From the IMG/VR virus record IMGVR_UViG_3300020180_000011: 59,909 nt of DNA; one strand, given 5' to 3'. The notes under the pieces were generated by a model, which worked only from the letters and a program-made list of their open reading frames with translations, had not been told where the DNA came from and made no database searches. Below are positions 18,822 to 29,745 of the stretch, in pieces. This DNA is from an uncultured virus (IMG/VR IMGVR_UViG_3300020180_000011) (taxonomy: Duplodnaviria > Heunggongvirae > Uroviricota > Caudoviricetes). Position 1 is the first letter of the stretch. Each line of letters starts with the position of its first letter. Position numbers and translations under genes: made by a program.

Positions 18822-21800
18822 TAGTCTAGAACCTCTTTGTTAGTGATAGTACACAAAATCTTAACGTCCGGGCTCTGCTCGTTCAACCACACCCTTTGAA
18901 GAGCGTCTGATGCATATCTCAGGCCATAGCTAGTATTCTCATAGTCACTGGAAATATACGTAATAAAAGCAACAAGTAGTGGTGCTATAGAAAACTCCAT
19001 CAACAAGGAATCTTCGGCAGTCATTCTAATCCAAACGTATCCGTTGTAGTAATTGCTCACTTCATATTGCAAGAAATGTAACAAACCCTTTCCCATATTA
19101 TCGCTGTCGATTGTGAGATACTCCTGCCAAACACCGTCTAGATTTAACTTAGTGAATCTAATTTGAGTCATAGCTCAATATCCTCCCAATCATTTTTATA
19201 CTGCGTCACCGATACCGAGTAATACGCCACCTCACTTAACTTTCTGCCTGAAAATACCTGGCTGTCGTAGACAATATTTTCTTCTTCGTCGTAGTAAATA
19301 ATCTTAACCGGGCTATCTACGTACATGGTGGAAATTAGTATTGAATACTCTCTAGATTCGTGTAACTCCAATAACTTTTCTTGGAGTTTTAGGTTCATGC
19401 TAAGGATTCCAAGCTAAGGGATTGTACCGCAATGTCCAATACGCCCCAATTAATGCCTACATTTGCATCGTGCGTCTCATCTACATGTGCTAGGACTTGC
19501 CTAGCTTCATCATCACTAAGGTAAGGTGCAAGCTCAAAAACATCGTCAATATGCCAATACCGGACTAAGTAGTCACGTAAACTAACGGCTAAAATTATCT
19601 CCGCAGTTTTAGCGTCACCTTCACGTAATAGCTCCTCGTCTATTAGTGCCCTAACAATTAGTGCAATAGGATATGACATACTTAATTTCTCGCAATTAGT
19701 TTACGTCGAATATCATCAGAAGTAGGAGGCCATTTTTTCATGACTTTTAGTTTGTATCCTATCTGTTTTTCTAGCTCATCATGCAGAGGTTGATATTGCT
19801 CAGGTGTAGCTAATTTTGTAAATTGAACAATTCCCTTGTCTGTACTAGCATGTTGACCTACATGCATGTAAGAGCAGCAAGTCCACCAATCGTTAGTTCC
19901 TGGGTAATCGGGGAAGATAGCAATTACCTCCCCTTCTAGTACCCGGAATATTACTCTAGTTACTTCAGTATCTTGCTCGTCCATTAGTACTCTCCTTGTA
20001 AATAAATTACGCCTGAAAATACTTCTAGATAAGATTCACCTACGTCATCGCAGTACGTATCTAGAATTTCTCCTATCTCTTCTGGGTAGTCTCCATCCCA
20101 GAAGCCTGCCCCATGACCATTACAGTTAAGCCAGAAGTCATGCATAATCCGACTCATCTGGTGGTCATGAGAAGTCAGATAATTAATAATGCCCACATTA
20201 TCATCTAAGAACTCTTGACAAGTCTCTATCATCTTGTCTAAAGTTTTTTCATCGATGTCATGTCTATCATAGTTATTTTCTAACGAGTCATCCCCATCAT
20301 TGCTGCTCCGCAACGCTGCAATGATGTAGTCGTACAGCATACAGTCCGTTAATCTAATGTGCTTTTTAGTGCTCACGAGTAAACAACTTCCCCTAACAGA
20401 ACTTCTTGAATAATCCTATCTAAATCAATAGCATCACATCTACCATCCACAAAAGCTATCCCATATGTCAGCAGACCTAGCGCTACGACTCGTAGACCGA
20501 GGTTACGGTCAATAACGTAGTATTGTTCAGGAAGTTGCTTACCCTTCTTAAATGCCGCCACAGCTTCCCAATCTGAATCAAATGTCTCATCTAAACTTTC
20601 ACCTTGGTCGTGATGTGCTAGATGAGAGGTCATGGTGGTAGTTACTGTCTCTAGCCAAGTACCAGAGATATCACCAGAAAAGATGTCAGGTGTACCGCTA
20701 AAATAGAAACCCAGAAACTCGTTGACCATTTCTTCTACTTCGGGAGTCAGCTCTAAACTAATAATCATAATAATCCTCGTAAGTCTCAGTCAACGTAGCT
20801 TTGTACTTAGATAGCGTCACATGCAAAACTGCTCTGTCTTCTAATTCACCATGCTTAAGCCATTTGTCTGTAATCTTAGATATTTCCTTAAACAACCCAT
20901 GAGACATGTTATAAGAATCTAAGTCTCTATACCTCTTAGCCGCTCTCTGATATCCCTCCACAATCCATGAACGTACATTAGAGCGACTCCAGCAGATAGA
21001 TTGGCTATGCTCCGCGTAGTAGTCTCCCCGTACCTTATCTAGTGCAGACTCGATAGTCTCCATAGCCCAGTTTTCATGGCATAAGTGTTTAGCACCTGAG
21101 TTAGTTTCTACAAATTTACTGCCCTCGTAGTAATTAGCTAGGCTTACAATATCTGAAGCAACATCTAGCTCGGAAACATTGCGATAAGGATTAGTGCTAT
21201 AGCCCGTATCCAATCTCATCCACAGAACACCGCCTATCGCCATTAGCTCATCGGTGTACCCACAGTTATGTGCTCGTACAGGATGCTCTAGCAAGTCATG
21301 TGCTATTTGACTACCCCGAAGAGCCGGGTCAAAGTAATCTCGTTTGCCGTCAAGAATTACAATGCCATTCTCCCCGTAGTCCTCGTGTTCGCGGATAACT
21401 AAGTTGTACTTCATGAAAACCTCCTAGATAAACCCCAGACTATACAAATCTGGGGTACTGTTTTCTACTGTTAGCCCAAGATGCTTGCAGAAATCTGAAT
21501 CTCTACAACTTTGCGGTCTTCTTCAATCTCTAAACGCTCAACTAGCTGGTTGACTTGATATACTCGCAAACGATTTTCAGCAGTAGCATAGGTTTTAAAC
21601 TGATATGCTTTTGCTGGATTTGTAGTATAGGACAAGGTGTAGTTACCTCGTCGGTATACCTTCTCCCCATTAACCGTACCCAACTGAACCACGAACACGC
21701 TTGAGTTATTCATTGATTGACTCTTTGTTAATTTGTTCTAGCAAAATCAAAGCTTTCTGAGCTAGTAGATTCTTTCCTTGAGCCACGCCCATACCAAAGG

Positions 21801-21933
21801 CATCTACTGAGCTGTACCCAACCAATTCATCCGCATGTTTTTCTATTTCTGTAGGATGATACATGTGCGTAGGGTCAGTAGAGTTAACCAGTAATTTGAT
21901 TAAATCCAGGTAATAGTTGTTTAATCTTTCCAT
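18821..21933 (-). other. Run of small early phage genes (18821-19171, 19168-19398, 19395-19679, 19682-19984, 19984-20376, 20373-20768, 20758-21414, 21471-21713, 21706-21933)
   Basis: Overlapping start/stop codons; motifs HDANVGINW, SYMHVGQH, HDFWL..NGHGAGFWD, AHDLLEH. Confidence 0.7.
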
Positions 21934-21941
21934 AAAATCCT

Positions 21942-22070
21942 CTAGTTAATGTGAGCGCAAGCGTAACCCTTTTTAATCAAGTTACCGCATTTAGGACACT
22001 GTACCAAGTCTGGCGGGTCTGTAAAGACCGGAGAAGGAGGTTTCTCTTTCTTTTCTTTTTTATCTGACAT
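21942..22070 (-). CDS. 42-aa zinc-ribbon microprotein
   Basis: MSDKKEKKEKPPSPVFTDPPDLVQCPKCGNLIKKGYACAHIN (CxxC...CxH). Confidence 0.55.
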   Translation of the reverse strand: MSDKKEKKEKPPSPVFTDPPDLVQCPKCGNLIKKGYACAHIN

Positions 22071-22116
22071 AGCTTACTGGCTTTTAGTTAATGTGTTTGC
22101 ATTGCTACTACCCCTC

Positions 22117-22262
22117 GCCCATTGTGTAGTCCGATTCCCAACAACTGATTGGGTCATACTGGTAACTCCTGCTTGGGTGGCACAGGAGGGAGTGTAAGGC
22201 TACACAACTAATTGGGCTATTCAACTGTTTAGTCCCGGATTCAGTGTTCCGAGCCCTGACTA
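22117..22262. ncRNA. Candidate structured RNA
   Basis: Multi-stem pairing in an intergenic gap (see findings). Confidence 0.4.
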
Positions 22263-22417
22263 TAATCAGATATCTGATGTAGTGCTGGGTAGTTGATTAT
22301 TGACTAGTTCTTCTATTTTGTCCTTAACTACTGAAGGGATGGGAAATTGTTCAGACATGAGATACCTAGATACATTAGAAAAACTTACTCAGATAGGTAG
22401 ACCAACTAAATCACTAC

Positions 22418-23003
22418 CTATCTATCCCACAAACACATTAATACCTCTGCGTCATCTGGAAAATCTACAATGTCTTCCTTAATCATCTCAGCAAACTCCT
22501 CACACGCCAGGTACTCAAATATCATGCTGTCTAGAACTTCTTTGAATCTATTTACAGTGCAACAAAATACTGAGTCGTCAAATCGGTCATGCTGAAACAA
22601 TTCTTTAGGTAATCTGTAAATGAATGCTTCTGGCACATGCAGCATATGATGCAGATGTCTAGTATCTCCTGATTGTATATTCAGCATTAGTCTGGGCATA
22701 TTAGTTTTTTCTACCTATTTATATCTAATCCCACAAAGATATCATCACTTCAGCATTGTCAGGCAAATCTTTAATCTCTGCCATAGTTAGCCTAGTAACC
22801 TCCTCACTTCCTAAGTGCTTAAACGTCATACTACTCAGCACTTCTTTAAACCTAGCTACAGTACAACAAAATACTGGCTCGTCAAAGCGGTCATACTCAA
22901 ACAATTCTTTAGGTAATTGATTAATGAACGTCTCTGGAACATGCATTATCTGACGAAGATGTCTAATGTCCCCCAGCGTCACACTTACGTTTAGTTCAGG
23001 CAT
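22418..23003 (-). other. Tandem paralog pair (22418-22699, 22725-23003)
   Basis: Shared HVPE.FI..LPKELF..DRFD..VFCCTV.RFKEVL...AEV...LWD. Confidence 0.85.
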
Positions 23004-24281
23004 CTAGTTTTCTACCTAGGATGTGCTCAACAGTCACAGTCTGTACATAACCATTTACTTCTATCAAAGTAATTAGGTCATTCTTTAGTTCTTCGTGAAA
23101 TGTAGGGTTACCAAAGAAGAAAGCTTTTTGATTCTGTGGTTTAGCTAGAATCTTCTCAGCTAAAGAGATAAACAAATCAATGTCTAACTCTACTACTTTA
23201 GAAGTACTAGTAGTGACGAGATGAACATCAAATCTTTCTACATCAAATGCCTCATCAATCAATTGCTGCATAAACATCTGTTGCTCATGAGCCTCCGAGA
23301 TACTGACTACAATTTTTAGCATGGTGATTAATCTTCCTACTTATTAAGCTCTACTTTAATCCATCGCTCAACTGTAATCATGTCGTCTAACCCCAAAAGG
23401 ACTAGATTCTCTTCTTTAATTACAGGATAATGACTTAACTTATACAAGACCTCTATAAGTATCTTTGTGCCACTAAGAGGTATAAAGGTATCTACGGGAG
23501 TGTACAGTAAGCCACTAGCTGTCTGTATTAGATAACTGAAAGCCACTACTCCATCACCTGAAGCTTCTAGTAAGTCATTTGCTAGATAGTCCAGAGACAG
23601 CTCATTAGTGTAAGTACATAATGCTTGGTCTTGATACTTGAAAATAACTTTACTGTCTGGCATGCTTGTCACTCCTTAAGAACGTTAGAAAACAACTCAG
23701 ATAAATCTCTAATATCTCCAATCTCTAAATCGCTCTAATAGTGACCTCACACATGTCTGAGAACTCCTTACAGCTATCTAATAACTCCTTAGCCTTAGCC
23801 CAAGTTAGTATGTACTCTTGGTTAGGTAACGAGTGTGCGTAATGCTCAACTATTCCCTCAAGCAGTCCTCTAAATCTATAAAGACTGGTGTTAAACCCTT
23901 GATTAAATTTATTACCGTAAAAATCATTGTCAGGTAAGCATCTAACAAACGTATTAGTAAGAGCTGTATATTCTACATGTAGATAGCCATCTTCAGGGTG
24001 AAGCGCCTGTACTTTAATAGTTACCTCAATCATTTGTACTCCTTAGATAGGTGAACCAACTAAATCACTACTAATCAAATATCCGTCTACTAAAAACTAT
24101 TAGGTGTTTCTCCAAACTTAATAGTTTCCCAACTGACTGCGTATTCTTCAAAAGGATAACCATTATCCAATGATTCTAGTCTTAGATTGTCACAGGTCAG
24201 ATATCCTGTACTATTTAAGTCAGACAATAATGGTAGGTCTTCCACTGTAATTTCAACTAGAACGTATATAGTCTTGCGCAT
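22996..24281 (-). other. Four hypothetical genes (22996-23322, 23337-23672, 23725-24033, 24090-24281)
   Basis: Co-directional ORFs with RBSs. Confidence 0.65.
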
Positions 24282-24305
24282 GTGTTTTGTCCTATATAGC
24301 CTACT

Positions 24306-24337
24306 AAAAGCCACCTATCTGAGTTGTATAGGTGGCT
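24306..24337 (-). terminator. Intrinsic terminator
   Basis: agccacctat/ataggtggct 10-bp stem followed by a short U-tract on the minus strand. Confidence 0.6.
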
Positions 24338-24670
24338 ATATTTGTTTATCCTTGATACTGTTTTCTACCGTTGACTATTTAGTAGTCTTAGTTACATCTT
24401 TTTAAGTCTGTGTATCTCTTCTTGTCTAAGATACCTTACAGTCTATTTAGTTGTATCTTTTTTTAGTCTATTTACTATCTGTCTGAATGAGCTGCTAGCA
24501 GCTCTCTTTGCTTTACCTAGTCTGAAATCTATCTCAGTCTAAGAGGCGTATCCGAGCTAAATGTGTAAACGTTAAACCATTTTAAGGTAGCACTTCTCCT
24601 CGTCCTAGACTTCCTAAGTTCCTATCTTGGGCATCATCTAGTGAACTAACTAAATTTAACTTATAAGATA

Positions 24671-24698
24671 AGAATACCATACTTTTAGTCCTTGTCAA
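24671..24698 (-). promoter_or_regulatory. Sigma70-type promoter
   Basis: TTGACA-N16-TATTCT with extended TG. Confidence 0.6.
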
Positions 24699-25026
24699 GC
24701 GTTTTTAGAAAAGATTTTAAATTTAATATTACTCCTACTGTAGAGCGAGTTACAGCCTTGTTAGAGTATCGAATGAGATTATACCCATGTCGGTGTAGTA
24801 CCGTAGTCCTAACGCTGTCGTAGTCCTTCTGGGGAGAACTATTGTGATAAGACCCATCTATCTCGATAACTAAGTTATGACTAGGTAGAAAAAAGTCTGC
24901 TACATATCCCGTAGGAGATAACTTATATTGTCTCTTGTAGATAATATTAGCAGCAGTCAATGCTCTAGCAAAGACATTCTCAGTATTAGTAACTCTCACG
25001 GAAGGATTAGCTAAGTGTAGTGACAT
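24685..25026 (-). CDS. DUF559 / Vsr-like endonuclease
   Basis: KRQY...YVADF...LVIEIDG.YH...D..RT..L...GY..IRYSN. Confidence 0.88.
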   Translation of the reverse strand: MSLHLANPSVRVTNTENVFARALTAANIIYKRQYKLSPTGYVADFFLPSHNLVIEIDGSYHNSSPQKDYDSVRTTVLHRHGYNLIRYSNKAVTRSTVGVILNLKSFLKTLDKD

Positions 25027-25182
25027 AAGTATATAAGGGATTAACCGTAATTGTCAATGGAGTAATTTCCCAACAACCAAAAATGAAGACACGTCTGACC
25101 AGTTGCCATAGGCGTAGTAATTAAAAAACTGCCTATCTAAATAAATAGACAGGCAGAAGTTACTTCCAATTAGATGTAAGCC

Positions 25183-25329
25183 TTAGGTAGAAGCTACCTG
25201 ACCAGAACCGCTACAAGTAGAACAAACTGTAGAGGTTTGACGAATAAAAACATATTCACCATCTACCCAGTCAGATATATCAGTAAAAATCCACCCGTTA
25301 GTGCATTCCCCACATTTCTTTTTAGTCAT
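25183..25329 (-). CDS. DnaJ-type zinc-finger microprotein (48 aa)
   Basis: MTKKKCGECTNGW...VCSTCSGSGQVAST. Confidence 0.75.
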   Translation of the reverse strand: MTKKKCGECTNGWIFTDISDWVDGEYVFIRQTSTVCSTCSGSGQVAST

Positions 25330-25459
25330 CGTCGTCTACTTTGCCTGTACCATTGCAGTCTGAGCATTTTTCTAGATGAGAGCCTACATAATTACCCTCG
25401 TTGTCATACTCAGAAACTGATACTTCTTTAGCCCCATCACAGTTGCCACATGTAGCCAT
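25322..25459 (-). CDS. DnaJ-type zinc-finger microprotein (45 aa)
   Basis: MATCGNCDGAKEV...KCSDCNGTGKVDDDD. Confidence 0.8.
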   Translation of the reverse strand: MATCGNCDGAKEVSVSEYDNEGNYVGSHLEKCSDCNGTGKVDDDD

Positions 25460-25545
25460 AAAATTCTCTTTAATACTTGTCTACTAAGTATACCTATTTA
25501 TTTGATACAATAGTAATCAAATGAAACAAGCAGATAGGAGTCAAT

Positions 25546-25692
25546 ATGCCGTGTAATGGTAGTAGATGGAACGGAGACGTAGCATGTGAAGGATGTCCTA
25601 GATGCACAGGACGAAGTAACGATGCCAAAGAAGATAAAAAGCTACAAGAAGAAAGAGCACAAGAAGGAAAAGAAAAAAATAAGAAAAAGTAG
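25546..25692 (+). CDS. Cys-rich basic microprotein (48 aa)
   Basis: AGGAG RBS; TGaTACAAT extended -10 at 25503-25511; MPCNGSRWNGDVACEGCPRCTG...KKK. Confidence 0.6.
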   Translation: MPCNGSRWNGDVACEGCPRCTGRSNDAKEDKKLQEERAQEGKEKNKKK

Positions 25693-25722
25693 CTGCACCT
25701 TGTTAGGTTACGCCTTGTAGGG

Positions 25723-25881
25723 CTACGCCTTACCAGAACCGCCACAAGAGTTACATCTGATGTATTCCGTATACTGATATTCCAACTTCCCAGTCTCAGG
25801 GTTTATTAGATGTAGCTCTCTAGGCACTTCTCCCTCTCCATCACACGTACTACAATCTTTTTCTTCTTTTTCTTCAGACAT
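25723..25881 (-). CDS. DnaJ-type zinc-finger microprotein (52 aa)
   Basis: DCSTCDGEGEV...RCNSCGGSGKA. Confidence 0.8.
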   Translation of the reverse strand: MSEEKEEKDCSTCDGEGEVPRELHLINPETGKLEYQYTEYIRCNSCGGSGKA

Positions 25882-26023
25882 AACCAGAACCTCTACAAGG
25901 TTTACACAGACTCATTTCAGACTTTAAATTTACTCTTTCTCCATCAACTGTTTTCCAAATGTCTTTGGATATCCAACCTGTACCTCCACAAGAAGTACAG
26001 GTATCTTTAGCGGTGCTAGTCAT
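25874..26023 (-). CDS. DnaJ-type zinc-finger microprotein (49 aa)
   Basis: TCTSCGGTGWI...LCKPCRGSGYV. Confidence 0.8.
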   Translation of the reverse strand: MTSTAKDTCTSCGGTGWISKDIWKTVDGERVNLKSEMSLCKPCRGSGYV

Positions 26024-27201
26024 TAGTTAACCATGCAAAAAAGATAGCACCCCCAACAGCTGCTAAACCTAGCCAGTTAAACCAATGCACTGTATTACCT
26101 TCAAGTAAAGATGCAACTATAAACGGGATGTTAAAGAAAGCTAGCGTTACTACAGCTACAACACACACTATAGCTACTAAAGCTAAAAAGTCCTGTGTTT
26201 TACTGTGCTGCAAAAATCTATTAGCCATCTTGAGTACGTTAACCTGCACTTTGGTTAGCCAAGAATCATATACATACAAAGAAACTATGTATCTGTTAGG
26301 GTTTGTGTAACAATCTACAAACTTAAACTGGCTAAATCTAGTTAAAGATATGGCAATGTCCGTAACTTTAGAGCTCAATACATCTCTCTCTTTTCTAGAT
26401 AAATCCTGATAATCATCCGGCCACGCTAACACATCTTCAAAGAGTACAATAGCCTCATACTGCTCCACAGCACCCTCATGATTAACAATATGCTCGTTGA
26501 TAGCCCCAGCAATTCTAGACTTAGCATTAGGAGCTAGAGTCACCAAATGCTTCCTATCCTCTTTGATGTCAGCTATAACTCTAAGCTTGGGAATTTTAAC
26601 TAATCTAGTCATGTGTAAATAACCCACAATACCGCAGTGAACAAGCTAACTAGCGCAACGAAACAAACAGACATTTCTAGTAAACCAAAGGTAGAAACAC
26701 TAGCAGCATAGACAGCAATAGTTAGAAAACATAGTGCGCAAGTATTTAACACTAAACTGTTTCGATTAGACATAGTTTTGGGATACCCGTGTTTAGTTTG
26801 AAAATCAGCTAGAGTTTTCACTTAGTTCTCCAGTTCATTAGGTAGAAATAGTTGTCGGGATATGCGCCAAGTCCAGACTCAAGCCTAGAACTAACAAAGT
26901 GCCACTCTGTATTGTCAAACAAGCGGTTAACTATAAAATCCAAGCACTCCTTAGTATTTAACTCGTGAGGCCATTCTATGCTGCCTATCTCACCCTCAGC
27001 AATGCGCTGTCCTTCTAACACCATAGGAACAACCAAAGAATAATTAAGAGGGTTTCTCTTGACCCATGTGAGCTGATTATCAAATTCTTTTGCTAATGTA
27101 TCAATAGTCTGTTGTTTCCACTTAGAACTTACATCTACTACATTCATCCAATTTGAAGGTAGCATAACATCAGACAATTTAAGAATCTTAGGAATTTTCA
27201 T
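26016..27201 (-). other. Three genes: membrane protein 26016-26612, membrane protein 26609-26821, hypothetical 26818-27201 (start revised to MKIPK)
   Basis: Hydrophobic helices; the revised start avoids overlap with the tRNA. Confidence 0.65.
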
Positions 27202-27222
27202 GATTACCTTATGTGGTTGAAA

Positions 27223-27310
27223 TACGGGTGGGCGGTAACGCTCCGCCTCAAAGCCTCTAATCGGGAGGAAAGAATTTATAAGATTCCTCTGACTGCTTAG
27301 TCTCACCCGC
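27223..27310 (-). tRNA. tRNA with UAU anticodon (Ile-type) and long variable arm, 88 nt, CCA not encoded
   Basis: Acceptor GCGGGTG/CACCCGT+A; anticodon arm GGAAT-CTTATAA-ATTCT; V-arm CCTC-CCGATTA-GAGG; T-arm GGCGG-AGCGTTA-CCGCC. Confidence 0.8.
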
Positions 27311-27344
27311 TAGTAAGGGAGTATAATAACTCCCTATTGCCAGC

Positions 27345-29124
27345 CTACCCTTCCCCAACTAAAGCAAGCTTCCAAGTCTTTTCCGTAGTCCTACTGTAGA
27401 CTCCCTCTCCACTACTAAACGCACTGTGTACAAGAGTAATACTCCCGTCTTTTCCTACAAATAACTGCAACTCATCTGAACGGTCATATCCTCCATTGAT
27501 TCCCGAATATAAAGTCAGTACGTTATCTTCTGGATTATCTACATCTAAGTAAACCTCGTCCACAATAGCCTTAAGGTCAGCTAAAAATTCATCCATGAGA
27601 ATGCTCCTTATAAGTAATACAGTTTACGTAAAATCCCTAATAATTGCTAGTAATGCGTCTTCTGTGAACATGTATGCCTTGCACAGCTCACCTAGATGTG
27701 GCTGTATTGATTTTGTAAGGACTGTGGACAAAGGTAAACCTGATTTAGCAACCAACTCCTCAATAAGAGTACAAACCGTCTGTAGATTGCTAACCCTAGT
27801 TAGATACACAGCATCATTGGGAAGAACACAACTGTCCTCAGGATTACCGTAAGAAGACTCAGCTCCGGCCTGTAAACTTTCTACGTGATTAAACAATTGA
27901 GTACTGATAGACATCCTTAATCCTCTAAAATATTGACAATAGACTTTACAACATTTGTGGTATTACCAAAGACCATTACCGCCCAAAAAGCAGATGCTCC
28001 CCATTTACTCTCTTCGATGGCGAATTGACCGCCCATAAGAGATACTACTAGTAGCCAAACTGATAAACCACCAATAGCCAGATTAACAATTTCTTTCACT
28101 TAGTTTGTTCCTCTTGTTTAGCTAAATTAGGTTTAAGCACAGTCTCTAAGACATATTCAGAAAACTGCTGTCTCTCTTCAGGGCTAGTAGTTTTAGTACT
28201 GCTATTTTTAGCTGGCTCAATGCGGTCTGTAGGCATGAAATAACTCCTAGACTATCTTTTCTCGTTGCTTGACAGACCTTAATAATTCCTATTAGGAAAC
28301 ATTGACAATTTACATCCTTGTCCTGCCCAAGTAGAACACTGAAACGACCGTAGTTCACTGGTTAGTCTGTCCTGTGCTGTACAGCTAATGTAGCCGTCTG
28401 CGTCCGTATCTCGACCCGTACAGTTAAAGTTAATAAGATTGTACTGAGAAGCAGTCTGAGTCATGTTGTCATAGGCATTGTAGTACCCGCCATTAACCAG
28501 TTGGTCAACTTCAGCATCCGAGCAACTGGTCAACAAAAAACAAGCAATAACCACACCGGATGTAACCAAACGACTAAATTTCATAATTCTCCTAGTTTGT
28601 GTACGCAGTAAAGTAGATGCACCCCGTAGCTTACTTAAATTTCTTAGCTGAGATTTTCTCTTCTGCTTTAACTACTGCCTCAGTAATATCTGATTTGGAG
28701 AGTGTAGATGCCTTAAACAAACATTGACACAATAGCGACAAATAAAGAGCAGACCAAAAAGTTAGTTCAGACAATCCAAACATAGAGGGAATCACTGCGT
28801 TCCATAGAACCATTACAGGGAATGCAGTACAAACTGCAATAAGCATAGCAATGCCTCCCACTGCTACTACAGAAGTTACAATGACTCCTACAAAAGAAAT
28901 AACAGCATCTAGAACTGATTCAGAGTTACGATTAGACATGAGTTTTACCTAGATAATGTTAGTTAGTTAGAACACTGAGATTGAGCTTGCAATTCAGCCA
29001 TCCGTTGTGTATGTAAAAGCTGTCTGTCTGTACGGATTACAAACGTTACCAAACTCCATAAACCCAGCATAACTACAGAAAGCATAGCTCGGTTAATAAG
29101 TTCAGCTCGCAATTCTTGATTCAT
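27345..29124 (-). other. Small genes: 27345-27596, 27624-27914, 27917-28099 (TM), 28279-28584 (lipoprotein), 28631-28939 (TM), 28963-29124 (TM)
   Basis: RBSs; LTSC lipobox and C.GRDTD.DGYISCT in 28279-28584. Confidence 0.65.
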
Positions 29125-29745
29125 TGAGATTCTCCGGTACTTTTTCCAACTCAACAACCAAAAACTCTTCCTGCATATGAGGAAAAGTTACCGTCAGGTA
29201 ATCTACCGCTGCATCAAAAGTGTAGCGATATCGTAACAGCCTAACAGCGCTAGGAGAAAGCTCCGTAGCCATGACAGCAGAATAACCTAACCACTTACCC
29301 GATGCATATCCAATAAACTTCCAACCCTCGCCCTCTTCTAGCTTTAGCATGGCTAGATAAAACGTATCTCTTTTACGGCTCAGTGCAATCTTAAATTCTG
29401 CGTAAGCTGCCTCGACTTGAGAATCACAAAAAGATGAAGAGTACTGCATGTAAATCAAAGCTCCACAACAAGGTAATCATCCGGGTCTAAAATACCCGTG
29501 GTCAAGTACTCCAAAATACTTGACCATTTAGCTGTTTGCCAACAGCCGTTAGCTACTTGAGGTAGTGTTTGAGCATGAAATGATAACCCCAACCATCGCC
29601 CAGAAGGATACGATAGAAAAACCCACCCCTTTTCCTCCAGCTTCTTTTTGTGGTCACTAAAACGAGACACTCGCAAAAGTAGCTCACTGTTCAGTTGGTT
29701 CCTAAGTAGGGCAATAGCCCTATTCTCTACATCAATGTAATTCAT
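29102..29745 (-). other. Tandem paralog pair (29102-29458, 29455-29745)
   Basis: KLEE..GW.F..Y.SG.WLG.S...YLT...LVVEL. Confidence 0.8.

Noticed and set aside
25028..25057. TTGACA-N18-TATACT as promoter for the annotated DUF559 start
   Set aside because: The -10 box is 1 nt from the ATG, so it cannot serve that start; it may be real with a downstream start, left unresolved
25494..25745. 83-aa minus ORF (and 25237-25431 plus ORF)
   Set aside because: Shadows of the microproteins, which have better RBSs and motifs
27202..27306. N-terminal extension of ORF 26818-27306
   Set aside because: Overlaps the tRNA; a better ATG with RBS lies at 27201
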